Assembly (NCBI GenBank): GCA_034520945.1
Contig: JAXHNB010000002.1
Location: 160,001 to 224,000 of the forward strand
DNA: 64,000 nt
Source: Trueperaceae bacterium
Lineage (GTDB): Bacteria > Deinococcota > Deinococci > Deinococcales > Trueperaceae
Direction of reading: 5' to 3'
The translations under genes and the position numbers were made by a program. A model generated the notes under the pieces. That model had not been told where the DNA came from and made no database searches. It saw only the letters and a list, made by a program, of their open reading frames with translations. Shown here in pieces: positions 49,227 to 59,106 of this stretch. Numbering within the stretch: position 1 is the stretch's first letter; each line of letters starts with the position of its first letter.

Positions 49227-49368
49227 GGTGCGAGCTCAGCGCGCCGGGGGCGGCGCGCGCAGCGGAGTGCCTGCGTTCATGCCTGCGAGCATACCTCAAA
49301 AACTAAGGTATAGGGAAGGGGGGCGACGGCCTCCCGCGCATCCCCCACCCGCTGCGCGCGGCCCCTGC

Positions 49369-50820
<1,452 letters not shown>

Positions 50821-51054
50821 TCAGGCCTTGCCGATGCGAACCCGCCAGATCTCGGGGCCCGCCTCGAGGTACGTCCATGCCAGCTGGCCCGGGCGTTCCG
50901 CCTGGAACTGGTAGTAGAGCGGTTTGGGGTCGTGGTCGTTCACCAGCTCGTACGATTCGCCGGGTGCCAGCGCGTCGAAGCGCTCGAACAGCAGCGGGTG
51001 CCGCTCGCGCGGCGGGATGGGGCGGACGTCGATGGTGTTCGGGTCGTCGGACAT
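50821..51054 (-). CDS. DUF2249 domain protein
   Basis: IDVRPIPPRERH, LVNDHDPKPLYYQF, YLEAGPEIWRV; RBS GGAGG. Confidence 0.9.
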   Translation of the reverse strand: MSDDPNTIDVRPIPPRERHPLLFERFDALAPGESYELVNDHDPKPLYYQFQAERPGQLAWTYLEAGPEIWRVRIGKA

Positions 51055-51079
51055 GGGATCCTCCGGGAACGGACGGGCC

Positions 51080-51409
51080 TCAGCCAGGGGAGCCCGTCAG
51101 GGAACGTACGCCGAGCACGGTGAAGGTGCCGGCGCCGGCAACGAGTGCCTTGGTCTGGCCCGTGGCGACGTGGACCACGTCGCCGGTGTGGACGGCGTGC
51201 CGCACCTCGCCCTCCTCGATGCGCCCCTCGCCCTCCAGGACCACGAACGTGGTGGCGTTGGCGTCGCCCTCGGGCGCCCGGAGTTCCTGTCCCGCCTGGA
51301 GGCACAACAGCATCACCGCCTGCGTGTCGCCCACGTGGAGCGCCTGCGGGTAGGGTCCGGCCTCCAGGAACGCGCGCCGGTCCAACGCGTGCATCAGCGG
51401 CACGGGCAC
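51080..51409 (-). CDS. Cupin domain protein
   Basis: LCLQAGQEL, VVLEGEG, GDVVHV motifs. Confidence 0.75.
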   Translation of the reverse strand: MPVPLMHALDRRAFLEAGPYPQALHVGDTQAVMLLCLQAGQELRAPEGDANATTFVVLEGEGRIEEGEVRHAVHTGDVVHVATGQTKALVAGAGTFTVLGVRSLTGSPG

Positions 51410-51633
51410 ACCGTCCGAAGCTCCGCGTACAGCGAGGCGGCCTCCGCCTCGCTCAGGCCGCGCAGGCGCACGGCCTGCGCCAGCGTGATCGTCGGGGCCA
51501 GCGCGCGGCGCATGGCCGGGTTCGCCAGCGGCGTGAAGCCGTGCCGCACCAGGCAGGGCAGCACCTCCGGCGCCTCGGCCAGCAGGGCCGAGACGCGCAT
51601 CTCTGCGAGCGGGCGAAGGGCAGCGTGCGTCAC
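51394..51633 (-). CDS. DUF1858-like small protein
   Basis: MRVSALL...PEVLPCLVRHGFTPLANPAMRR...ITLAQA; start GTG 51633 or ATG 51600. Confidence 0.75.
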   Translation of the reverse strand: MTHAALRPLAEMRVSALLAEAPEVLPCLVRHGFTPLANPAMRRALAPTITLAQAVRLRGLSEAEAASLYAELRTVCPCR

Positions 51634-51669
51634 GACGAGCAGCCTGCCGGCGGGCGGCCCTACGCGGCC

Positions 51670-51683
51670 ATGACCCAGGTCAT
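51670..51683. promoter_or_regulatory. Crp/Fnr-type box for the DUF1858-cupin-DUF2249 operon
   Basis: ATGAC-CCAG-GTCAT, about 42 nt upstream of GTG 51633. Confidence 0.65.
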
Positions 51684-51825
51684 GTGGCGGCAAGCGTACG
51701 GGCCCGGTCCGGTCACGGCCGAGCGAACGGGGACGCCGCCGGGCGCTCCGAGCCGACGCCCCCCGCGATCTCGTCCGCCAGCCGCTCGCACCACGCCTCG
51801 ATCCGGGCCTCGACCGCGTCGTGCC

Positions 51826-51866
51826 TTGACGTGCGTCATGGTCACGGGCGGGGGCGGCGGTAGGCT
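51826..51866 (+). promoter_or_regulatory. Crp/Fnr-type box plus -10 of the regulator gene
   Basis: TTGAC-GTGC-GTCAT (51826-39) centred about -41 from a leaderless ATG 51873; TAGGCT at 51861. Confidence 0.65.
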
Positions 51867-51872
51867 GCGGGC

Positions 51873-52631
51873 ATGGACGGGTCGCGGCCACGAACGGTGT
51901 CCAATGGGGGAGAGCACGCAGCGGGCGGGCACTGCTCGGCCCGGGTCCGGTTGGAGATGCTGGGTCGTGCGCCGCTGTTCGGCAGCCTGGACGAGGCGGC
52001 CTTGGGGCGCGTCAACGAACAGTGCCGCGCCGTGGCCTGCTCGCCCGGTGCGGTCGTCTACCGCGAGGGCGACCCCGCCGAGCGCCTGTACGTGGTGGCC
52101 ACCGGCGCCGTCAAGCTCGTGCGCCATGGCGCGGACGGGACACCCGTCCTGCACGACGTCGTCGCTCCGGGCGAGACGTTCGGGTCGCTCTACGCGCTCG
52201 GCGACGACCTGCTCACGCACGAGGCCGTCGCATTGCGCCCCGGTTGCCTGCTTCTGCTCACCGCCGATGCCTTCCACCACGTGATGCGCACGGAGCCCGG
52301 CGTGGCCGAGGCCGCGTTGCGGCTCACCGCGAACCGGCTGCGCGAGGCGCAGGGCACGGTGCAAGCGCTCAGCACGCTGCCGGTCGAGGGACGGCTGGCC
52401 GCGACGTTGCTGCGCCTGGCACGCAAGGTGGGCCAGGAGGACGGCGGTGGCATGCATCTCGGTGTCGCCCCGACGCAGGTGGACCTGGCGGCGATGACCG
52501 GCACCTCGCCCGAGAGCGTCAGCCGCGTGTTCGCACGTTGGCGGGCGCAGGGTTGGGTCGCCACGGGTCCGGGCGGTCCGGTGCTACGGGACCTGGAGGC
52601 CTTGGGCCGCATGGCGGAAGGCGTGGCCTAG
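51873..52631 (+). CDS. Crp/Fnr family transcriptional regulator
   Basis: PLFGSL, YREGD, GAVKL, GETFG, VEGRLA; HTH TQVDLAAMTGTSPESVSR. Confidence 0.93.
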   Translation: MDGSRPRTVSNGGEHAAGGHCSARVRLEMLGRAPLFGSLDEAALGRVNEQCRAVACSPGAVVYREGDPAERLYVVATGAVKLVRHGADGTPVLHDVVAPGETFGSLYALGDDLLTHEAVALRPGCLLLLTADAFHHVMRTEPGVAEAALRLTANRLREAQGTVQALSTLPVEGRLAATLLRLARKVGQEDGGGMHLGVAPTQVDLAAMTGTSPESVSRVFARWRAQGWVATGPGGPVLRDLEALGRMAEGVA

Positions 52632-52776
52632 GCCGGCCTTCGGGCGGGCAACCAGGGCTTCGCACAGCGAGGATGTACGAGAAGTACGACATAACGAGTT
52701 GCTAGGGTTTCGTATACAGGTCGTGAACGGGTTCATTAGCCACGTTGGAGACGCAGGTACTGTGTGTTCAGGCGGG

Positions 52777-52806
52777 TTGACGTAAACGCGGTAATCCGCG
52801 TATACT
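52777..52806 (+). promoter_or_regulatory. Near-consensus sigma-A promoter in an AT-richer patch
   Basis: TTGACG-18 nt-TATACT. Confidence 0.7.
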
Positions 52807-52948
52807 GCCGTACGCGTAGGCGGATTCACGCCACGCGTCCGGGCTTGGCCCGAATTGTTATGCAGGGAGAGCACGCATGAAATACGATCGATGGGCCAAA
52901 CGGACGCAACGGGGTGAACCGACGACGCATCCACTCGGAGGTGATGCG

Positions 52949-53128
52949 ATGGCCACCACGCGTGAAATCAATGCGACCTTCCGGTGCAGCCGATGCGCTG
53001 GGCGCGGGGTGGTCCTGGTAGGGCGCCACACCCCCCTCGCGCACATGGAGCGCTGCACGACCTGTCGCGGTCGGGGGCACATGCTGCCCATCCGGCGCGA
53101 ACCGCGCAGGCGACCCATCGCGCGCTGA
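52949..53128 (+). CDS. 59-aa basic protein with two CxxCxGxG (DnaJ-type Zn finger) motifs
   Basis: CSRCAGRG and CTTCRGRG; RBS GGAGGTG. Confidence 0.65.
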   Translation: MATTREINATFRCSRCAGRGVVLVGRHTPLAHMERCTTCRGRGHMLPIRREPRRRPIAR

Positions 53129-53221
53129 CCGGGCGCGCGCCGTCGCGCGCGGCAGAACCCGGATGTACGCACGGCGCGGCCCGGACACCGGTGGGTGTCC
53201 GGGCCGCGTGACGTGTGCCAC

Positions 53222-53517
53222 GCACCGGCCCTGGCCGAGGCCGACGTGGGGATCGCCATGGGGGCGGCGGGTACCCGCGCCGCGCTCGACACGGCGCCGG
53301 TGGCGCTGATGGGCGACGACCTCCGCACCCTGGCGGAGGGGGTTGGCCTGGCCAGGCGCACCGTGCGCGTCGTGCAGCAGAACCTGTTCATCGCGCTCGG
53401 CACGGTCGCGCTCTTGGTGGCCGGCGTACTGACCGGCCAGGTGCACATGGCTGGGGGCATGCTGGTGCACCAGGCGTCGGTGCTGCTGGTCATCGTCAAC
53501 GCGCTTCGCCTGGCTGG
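53222..53517 (+). pseudogene. C-terminal remnant of a heavy-metal P1B-type ATPase
   Basis: [33 protein letters not shown]; everything upstream of the GDGxND region is absent. Confidence 0.82.
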
Positions 53518-53744
53518 GCCGGGGCCGCGAGGGGAGGCCGCGGGGCGTACCGTGCGCATCCCCCGCCCTCGCCCGAGCCCGCCGCCTGACCCACGTCGTG
53601 GCCGGCGGCGTCTGCGCGCCGGGCCTGGTACGATCTCGGCCGGACTCACGACGGGAGAACGATGTCGATGCCTACCTACGCTTTGCGCCCCCCCACCCTG
53701 CCCACGCCGCGGCGTCCGCTGCGGCCGGAACGCGCGGTGCTCTC

Positions 53745-55391
53745 ATGAGCGACGAACGGCACGACGTCGTGATCGTAGGCGGCGGGTCGGCGGGATCGGC
53801 CCTCGCCAACCGGCTCAGCGCCGATTCCGAAGCCCGCGTGCTGGTGCTGGAGGCCGGGCGCCCCGATTCGTGGTGGGACGTCTTCATCCACATGCCGGCG
53901 GCGCTCCCGTTCCCGATCGGGAGCCGATTCTACGACTGGCAGTACGAGTCCGAACCGGAACCGCACATGGGGGGCCGCCGCGTGTACCACGCGCGCGGCA
54001 AGATTCTGGGCGGGTCGTCCAGCATCAACGGGATGATCTTCCAGCGCGGCAACCCCATGGACTACGACCGCTGGGCGCAGGAGCCCGGCATGGAGGCCTG
54101 GGACTACGCGCACTGCCTGCCGTACTTCAAGCGGATGGAGACCTGCATGGCGGGGGCGGACGACTGGCGCGGCGGGGACGGTCCGCTGGTGGTGGAGCGC
54201 GGCCCCGCCGAGAACCCGCTGTTCGGGGCGTTCTTCGAGGCGGCCGAGCAGGCCGGCTATAGGCGCACCGACGACGTCAACGGGTACCGCCAGGAGGGGT
54301 TCGCGCGCTTCGACCGCAACGTGCACCGCGGCCGCCGTCTCTCCGCCTCGCGCGCCTACCTGCATCCCGTGCGCCACCGCGACAACCTCACCGTGCGGAC
54401 CCGCGCCTTCGTGACCCGCATCCTGTTCGAGGGCACCCGCGCGACCGGCGTCGAGTACGTGCACCGTGGCCGGACGCACCGCGCGCTGGCCGACGAGGTG
54501 ATCCTGTGCGGCGGCGCGATCGCCACGCCGCAGCTGCTGCAACTGTCCGGCGTCGGCGAGGGCGAGCACCTGCGCTCGCTGGGCATCGAGCCGGTCGCCG
54601 ACCTTCCCGGCGTGGGGCAGAACCTGCAGGACCACCTCGAGGCCTACATCCAGTACGCCAGCAAGCAACCGGTATCGATGGCGCCGTGGCTGGCGTGGTG
54701 GCGCAGGCCGTGGGTCGGCTTCCAATGGTTGTTCTTCCGGCGCGGGCCGGGCGCCACCAACCACTTCGAGGCCGGCGGGTTCGTCCGCTCCAACGACCGC
54801 GTGGACTGGCCCAACCTGATGTTCCACTTCCTGCCCTTGGCCATCCGCTACGACGGAACCTCGCCCGCCACGGGGCACGGCTACCAGGTGCACGTCGGGC
54901 CGATGTTCTCCGACGTGCGCGGCGAACTGAAGATCACCTCGACCGACCCGTCGGTCAAGCCGTCGATGCGGTTCAACTACCTGTCGACGGAGAACGACCG
55001 ACGCGAGTGGATCGAGGCGATCCGCGTGGCGCGCGACATCCTCACCCAGCCCGCCTTCGAGCCGTACAACGCCGGCGAGCTGTCGCCCGGCCCGGCGGTC
55101 CAGACCGACGAGGAGATCCTGGACTGGGTGGCCCGTGACGCGGAGACCGCCCTGCACCCCTCCTGCACCGCCAAGATGGGCACCGACGAGATGGCGGTGG
55201 TGGACCCGTCCACCATGCGGGTGCACGGCGTGGAGGGCCTACGCGTGGTGGACGCCTCGGTGATGCCCCGCATCACCAACGCCAACATTTACGCGCCGGT
55301 GATGATGATCGCCGAGAAGGCCGCCGACCTGATCCTCGGCAAGGCGCCGTTGCCCCCGTCCGACGCCCCGGTACACCGGACCCGCTCGTAG
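53745..55391 (+). CDS. betA: Choline dehydrogenase (GMC oxidoreductase)
   Basis: [46 protein letters not shown]. Confidence 0.9.
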   Translation: MSDERHDVVIVGGGSAGSALANRLSADSEARVLVLEAGRPDSWWDVFIHMPAALPFPIGSRFYDWQYESEPEPHMGGRRVYHARGKILGGSSSINGMIFQRGNPMDYDRWAQEPGMEAWDYAHCLPYFKRMETCMAGADDWRGGDGPLVVERGPAENPLFGAFFEAAEQAGYRRTDDVNGYRQEGFARFDRNVHRGRRLSASRAYLHPVRHRDNLTVRTRAFVTRILFEGTRATGVEYVHRGRTHRALADEVILCGGAIATPQLLQLSGVGEGEHLRSLGIEPVADLPGVGQNLQDHLEAYIQYASKQPVSMAPWLAWWRRPWVGFQWLFFRRGPGATNHFEAGGFVRSNDRVDWPNLMFHFLPLAIRYDGTSPATGHGYQVHVGPMFSDVRGELKITSTDPSVKPSMRFNYLSTENDRREWIEAIRVARDILTQPAFEPYNAGELSPGPAVQTDEEILDWVARDAETALHPSCTAKMGTDEMAVVDPSTMRVHGVEGLRVVDASVMPRITNANIYAPVMMIAEKAADLILGKAPLPPSDAPVHRTRS

Positions 55392-55475
55392 GGCCGGATC
55401 GCGCACGCCTGTCACCGTCGCGACGGGGTCGGCGGTCGTACCTTCGCGCTGCTAGCATGCCGCGTGGAGGTCGGG

Positions 55476-56264
55476 ATGAGGGCTGGACCCTCGCCGAAGC
55501 TGGTGACGTACCTCGTGTGGGGCATGGGTCTGGCCGCATGGGCGTTGGCGGTGGGGCCCGCCGCGCCACGGGAGGCGCCGGCGGCCGGGGAGGCCGTGGC
55601 GCTGCAGGCCGGCGTGCGTACCGGCGAGGCGTTGCTTCCCGACCTTCAGGTGGTGCGGCCGCATGACCTGGAGCTGATCGGGTCCCGGGCCGAGGGCGAT
55701 CTGAGGCTGAAGTTCACCACCGTGATCTGGAACGCCGGCGACGGACCGATGGAGGTGCGTGGGTCCCGCAACGAGGCGACCGGCGATCTCGAGGTGTACC
55801 AGTACCTGCATGCGTCCAGTGGCGACGTGCGGCGCGACCGGCGGGTCGGCCGCTTCGACTACGAGCACCGGCACGGCCACCTCCACCTGGTGAGCTTCGC
55901 GCAGTACAGACTCTGGTCGCTGGACGGCGACGGGGCCCCGCAGGAGGTGGTGGCCGAGAACGCCAAGGTCGGCTTCTGCCTGATGGACAACCTGGTGATC
56001 GACGAGGACCGTGCCCCCGAAGGCCCCGTCTACGGCGGGTGCGAGGCCGAGGTGCAGGGCATATCCGTCGGGTATGGCGACGCGTACCTGGCCGACCTGT
56101 TCGAGCAGGACTTGCACGTCTCGGACGTGCCGGACGGCCGCTATCGGCTCGTCAACGTGGCCAACCCGGACCGTGCGCTGCGAGAGGCCCGGTACGACAA
56201 CAACCAGGCGGCCGTGGACCTGGTCTTGCGGGAGGGGCGCGTGGCTCCCGTCACGGCACGCTGA
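55476..56264 (+). CDS. Exported lysyl oxidase-like protein
   Basis: LLPDL, NAGDGP, HRHGHLH, KVGFCLMD, QGISVGYGDAY, ANPD...EARYDNN. Confidence 0.82.
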   Translation: MRAGPSPKLVTYLVWGMGLAAWALAVGPAAPREAPAAGEAVALQAGVRTGEALLPDLQVVRPHDLELIGSRAEGDLRLKFTTVIWNAGDGPMEVRGSRNEATGDLEVYQYLHASSGDVRRDRRVGRFDYEHRHGHLHLVSFAQYRLWSLDGDGAPQEVVAENAKVGFCLMDNLVIDEDRAPEGPVYGGCEAEVQGISVGYGDAYLADLFEQDLHVSDVPDGRYRLVNVANPDRALREARYDNNQAAVDLVLREGRVAPVTAR

Positions 56265-56331
56265 GCGCGCCGGTGCGGCGGGCGCGTCGGGTACGCTCCG
56301 GTATGCATCGCGTCCCCCGCACGAGGCGGCC

Positions 56332-56607
56332 GTGACGGCCGAACGCCGCCTCCACGAACTGCTTCGGGACCCCAAGGTCGAGACCGTCCACCTCAGCAGC
56401 GCCCTCCGGCGTGCCCTCGGCATCAGCAAGAAGGCCGCCGACCGCCACCCGCGCCTCCGCGCGCACCGCACGCTGCCCGGCGCGGTGATGATCGCGATCC
56501 GAACCACCTACAAGGACAACGTGGTGGTCCTGGCCTACGACGAGCCGGGCGAGGCGTTCGCCCGCGACTTCGCCCGCCGGCCCGATTGGGGACGTCTGGC
56601 GTCGTGA
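56332..56607 (+). CDS. Small hypothetical protein
   Basis: 91 codons with strong GC3 bias; no recognisable motif; start uncertain. Confidence 0.45.
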   Translation: MTAERRLHELLRDPKVETVHLSSALRRALGISKKAADRHPRLRAHRTLPGAVMIAIRTTYKDNVVVLAYDEPGEAFARDFARRPDWGRLAS

Positions 56608-56686
56608 TCCGCACGCCCCGCCGCGTCGGCGGGCGACAGGACGTTCGCCTCTGGTGGCCGTCCGTGCGGCGATGCATCGTCGGCTT

Positions 56687-58084
56687 ATGGGTCCGTCGCT
56701 GGGTGGGTCGTGGTCGAACCGGATCAAATCGTTGGCGCTGCTCCTCCTGCTCACGCTGTGGGTGCCGCCGGCCGGCGCCCAATCGCCGGGCGACACGGCG
56801 GGGCCGACCCCGCCCCTCCCGGTCGACGTGTACATCTTTCACGGCGACGGCTGTCCGCATTGCGCCACGGCGCTTGCGTTCCTCGCCGACCTGAAGCAGG
56901 ACCACCCCACCCTGCGGGTGCACGACTTCGAGGTCTGGTACGACGCCGACAACCGGCCGTTGCTCGAGGAACTGGCCGCCGCGTACGGGCGGCGCGTGCA
57001 GGGCGTCCCCATGATCTTCCTGGGCGACGAGGTCTGGACCGGCTTCGGTGCGAGCGTGGCCCGAGACCTGCAGGAACGTGTGGTGCGCTACGAGCAGCAG
57101 CCTGCGCCGGACCCGATGGCCCGGATCGGGCGCGCCGAAGAATCCGAGGAAGAAGAATCCGAGGAGCCCGTGGCGGTGGGGGGCGAGAAGGGCGCCTCGG
57201 GAGGCGACCCCGCGGCAGCACGCACGGTGACGCTTCCGCTGCTCGGACAGGTGGCGTTGGCGCGGTCGTCTCTGGTGGTGTCCACGGCCCTGATCGGACT
57301 GGTGGACGGCGTGAACCCGTGCTCGTTGTGGGTGTTGGCGCTGCTCCTGGGCGTGGTGCTGGGAAGCGGGTCGCGGCGTCGCGTGGCGGGGGTGGGCGTG
57401 ACCTTCCTCATCATCACGGCCGCCGTGTACGCGGCGTTCATCGTCGGCCTGTTCGAGGTGCTCGGCTACCTGTCCTTCCTCGGCGGCATCCGCGTGGCGG
57501 TCGCCGTGGTGGCCCTGGCGATCGCCCTCGTGAACCTGAAGGACTACCTGGCGTTCGGCCGCGGCCCGAGCCTCACCATTCAGGACGCCCAGAAGCCGGG
57601 CATCTACCGCCGCATCCGGAACGTCGTTCGGGCCGACGGATCGTGGCTGGCGACGCTGGGCGCGACCGGGGCGCTGGCTTTGGGCGTCACCTTGGTCGAA
57701 CTCCCCTGCACCGCGGGTTTTCCCGTGGTGTGGACGGGGCTGGTCGCCGACGCCGGCGTCGGTCGGGGCACGTTCGGGGGGTTGTTGGCGTTGTACATGG
57801 CGATCTACCTGCTGGACGAGCTCGTCATCTTCGGCGCAGCCGTGATCACCATGCGCAGCGCGCGGTTGGACGAAGGGGGCGGACGGATCCTCAAGCTCGT
57901 GGGCGGATCGGTCATGCTGGCGCTGGCGGTCGCGATGCTGGCGTGGCCCGAGGCCCTGTTCACCCTGACGGGCACCCTGGTCGTGTTCGCCGTCGCGCTT
58001 GCGGCCGCGGGGCTGGTGCTGCTGGCGCACCGCGTGTTCCACCCGGCCTCCAGCCCCTGGCCGCGGCCGGAACGGCTACGCTGA
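56687..58084 (+). CDS. Glutaredoxin-like (CPHC) domain fused to a DsbD/CcdA-like membrane domain
   Basis: FHGDGCPHC, GVPMIF, DGVNPC and ELPCTAG motifs; multiple TM segments. Confidence 0.82.
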   Translation: MGPSLGGSWSNRIKSLALLLLLTLWVPPAGAQSPGDTAGPTPPLPVDVYIFHGDGCPHCATALAFLADLKQDHPTLRVHDFEVWYDADNRPLLEELAAAYGRRVQGVPMIFLGDEVWTGFGASVARDLQERVVRYEQQPAPDPMARIGRAEESEEEESEEPVAVGGEKGASGGDPAAARTVTLPLLGQVALARSSLVVSTALIGLVDGVNPCSLWVLALLLGVVLGSGSRRRVAGVGVTFLIITAAVYAAFIVGLFEVLGYLSFLGGIRVAVAVVALAIALVNLKDYLAFGRGPSLTIQDAQKPGIYRRIRNVVRADGSWLATLGATGALALGVTLVELPCTAGFPVVWTGLVADAGVGRGTFGGLLALYMAIYLLDELVIFGAAVITMRSARLDEGGGRILKLVGGSVMLALAVAMLAWPEALFTLTGTLVVFAVALAAAGLVLLAHRVFHPASSPWPRPERLR

Positions 58085-58088
58085 GCCC

Positions 58089-59084
58089 ATGGAGAAGCGA
58101 CGGTTGGGATCCACCGGCTACCACGTGTCGATGATCGGCTTCGGCGGATGGGCGATCGGGGGCGCCTGGGGCGACGTGCCCGAAGAGGACGCGTTGGCTG
58201 CGCTCCGCACGGCGCTGGACGAGGGCGTGACCTTCCTCGACACCGCCGACGTGTACGGCGACGGCCGCAGCGAGCGCCTCATCGCCCGGGTGCTGAACGA
58301 GCTGCCGCCCAAGGAGCGCGCGCGGATCACGGTCGCCACCAAGGTCGGCCGGCGGCTGGACCCGCACGTGCCCGAGGGGTACGTGTACGAGAACCTCGCC
58401 GGCTTCGTCGACCGCAGCCGCGACGAGCTGCGGGTCGACACGCTGGACCTGGTGCAGCTGCACTGCCCCCCGACCGAGGTGTACCGGCGCGACGACGCGT
58501 TCGAGGCGATGGAGCGAATGGTGCGCGAGGGCCGCGTGCGCCACGTGGGCGTGTCGGTCGAGACGGTCGAGGAGGCCCTGCTGGCCGTCGAACGCCCCGT
58601 CGTCGAGACGGTCCAGATCATCTTCAACCCGTTCCGACTCAGGCCGGCCGAGGAGGTGTTCCCCGCCGCCCGTGCGCACGACGTCGGCATCGTCGTGCGC
58701 GTCCCGCTGGCGTCGGGGCTGCTGACCGGAAAGTTCGACGAGGACGCGACCTTCGCCGCCAGTGATCACCGCCACTTCAACCGGCACGGGGACGCGTTCG
58801 ACGTGGGCGAGACCTTTTCCGGCGTGGACTTCGACACCGGCGTTGCCGCGGCCCGGGAGCTGGGCCAGGTCGTGCCGGAGGGCGCGACGCTGGCGCAGGT
58901 CACGCTGCGCTGGATCCTGATGAACCCCGACGTGTCGACCGTCATTCCGGGCGCCAAACGGCCGGCGCAGGCGCGCGAGAACGCCCGCGCGGCAGAGCTG
59001 CCGCCCCTGAACCGCGACGCCATGGAGACGGTACGCCGCGTGTACGACGAACGCATTCGGCCGCAGGTGCATCACCGCTGGTAG
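58089..59084 (+). CDS. Aldo/keto reductase
   Basis: GFGGWAIGG, DTADVYGDGRSE, ATK, QLH, PLASGLL, IPGAK. Confidence 0.93.
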   Translation: MEKRRLGSTGYHVSMIGFGGWAIGGAWGDVPEEDALAALRTALDEGVTFLDTADVYGDGRSERLIARVLNELPPKERARITVATKVGRRLDPHVPEGYVYENLAGFVDRSRDELRVDTLDLVQLHCPPTEVYRRDDAFEAMERMVREGRVRHVGVSVETVEEALLAVERPVVETVQIIFNPFRLRPAEEVFPAARAHDVGIVVRVPLASGLLTGKFDEDATFAASDHRHFNRHGDAFDVGETFSGVDFDTGVAAARELGQVVPEGATLAQVTLRWILMNPDVSTVIPGAKRPAQARENARAAELPPLNRDAMETVRRVYDERIRPQVHHRW

Positions 59085-59106
59085 GGCCGGCCGGGTGCGG
59101 TCGAGG

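Noticed and set aside
52893..52922. c-di-GMP-I riboswitch (GGGCCAAAC..GGACGCAA..CGGGGTGAACCG)
   Set aside because: Fragments resemble the consensus, but there is no room for the P2/P3 stems or GNRA loop
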